Part shown: piece after piece, positions 63,844 to 64,000 of the stretch
Position numbering within the stretch: position 1 is the stretch's first letter
How the letters are laid out: each line of letters begins with the position of its first letter
Assembly (NCBI GenBank): GCA_030390025.1
Contig: CM059432.1
Coordinates: 21,020,001 to 21,084,000 of the forward strand
Direction: 5' to 3'
From: Squalus acanthias
Taxonomy: Eukaryota
DNA: 64,000 nucleotides
The notes under the pieces: model-generated
Database searches by the model: none
What the model saw: only the letters and a program-made list of their open reading frames with translations
Told to the model about the DNA's origin: nothing
Made by a program: the position numbers and the translations under genes

Positions 63844-64000
63844 ATGGCAGATCGCCGCCCCAGGGTGAGATTCCGGAGGTTTTCCGATGAAGATTTGGAG
63901 GCATTGGTTTTAGTGGTGGAGAGAAGGCGGGCGGTCCTGTACCCGTCAACTGGCAGGAGGCCCTCGCCACAAGTCTGCCGGACTATGTGGAGGGAGGTGG
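63844..64000 (+). CDS. H3 Myb/SANT-like protein, N-terminus (runs off the window)
   Basis: MADRRPRVRFRRFSDEDLEALVLVVERRRAVLYPSTGRRPSPQVCRTMWREV, clearly homologous to H2 Myb exon 1; not in the ORF track. Confidence 0.85.
   Translation, partial: MADRRPRVRFRRFSDEDLEALVLVVERRRAVLYPSTGRRPSPQVCRTMWREV

Larger units (their letters stand above)
59184..64000. mobile_element. PIF/Harbinger transposon H3, left part (59184-59232 plus 63535-end), hosting H2
   Basis: TIR-like gggctagaaattag at 59184; motif tttagact/agtctaaa on both sides of H2; Myb gene begins at 63844. Confidence 0.75.

Overview
Eukaryotic, vertebrate genomic DNA, most likely a shark or other cartilaginous fish (inferred from the SacSINE1-like DeuSINEs and the CR1, Penelope and Harbinger repeat content). 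The window lies inside one + strand gene, an adhesion GPCR best matching ADGRB1/BAI1. Five coding exons (6880-7006, 23581-23684, 30561-30663, 38493-38643, 48155-48224) splice in frame and encode the GPS motif and TM1-TM4; the gene continues beyond both ends of the window. The introns are packed with CR1 and L2 LINE fragments, several tRNA-derived SINE families, Penelope ends carrying minimal hammerhead-ribozyme cores, pogo/Tigger-like MITEs and Harbinger MITEs. The most striking structure is a nested PIF/Harbinger cluster at 55.2-64 kb. It holds two two-gene elements (DDE transposase plus convergent Myb/SANT gene) and the start of a third. One element keeps an intact 3-exon, 459-aa Myb gene, while its transposase is shifted by a single (AG) repeat unit. 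Also notable are an ORF1-less LINE with a tRNA-like head nested three deep in its own family, and a CpG-rich GPS-exon region that may be an internal promoter. I found no prokaryotic-type system (CRISPR, retron etc.). The components belong to known superfamilies; any novelty is at the level of family and arrangement and needs database checks. Repeat boundaries were set by eye and are approximate unless a TIR or TSD is quoted.
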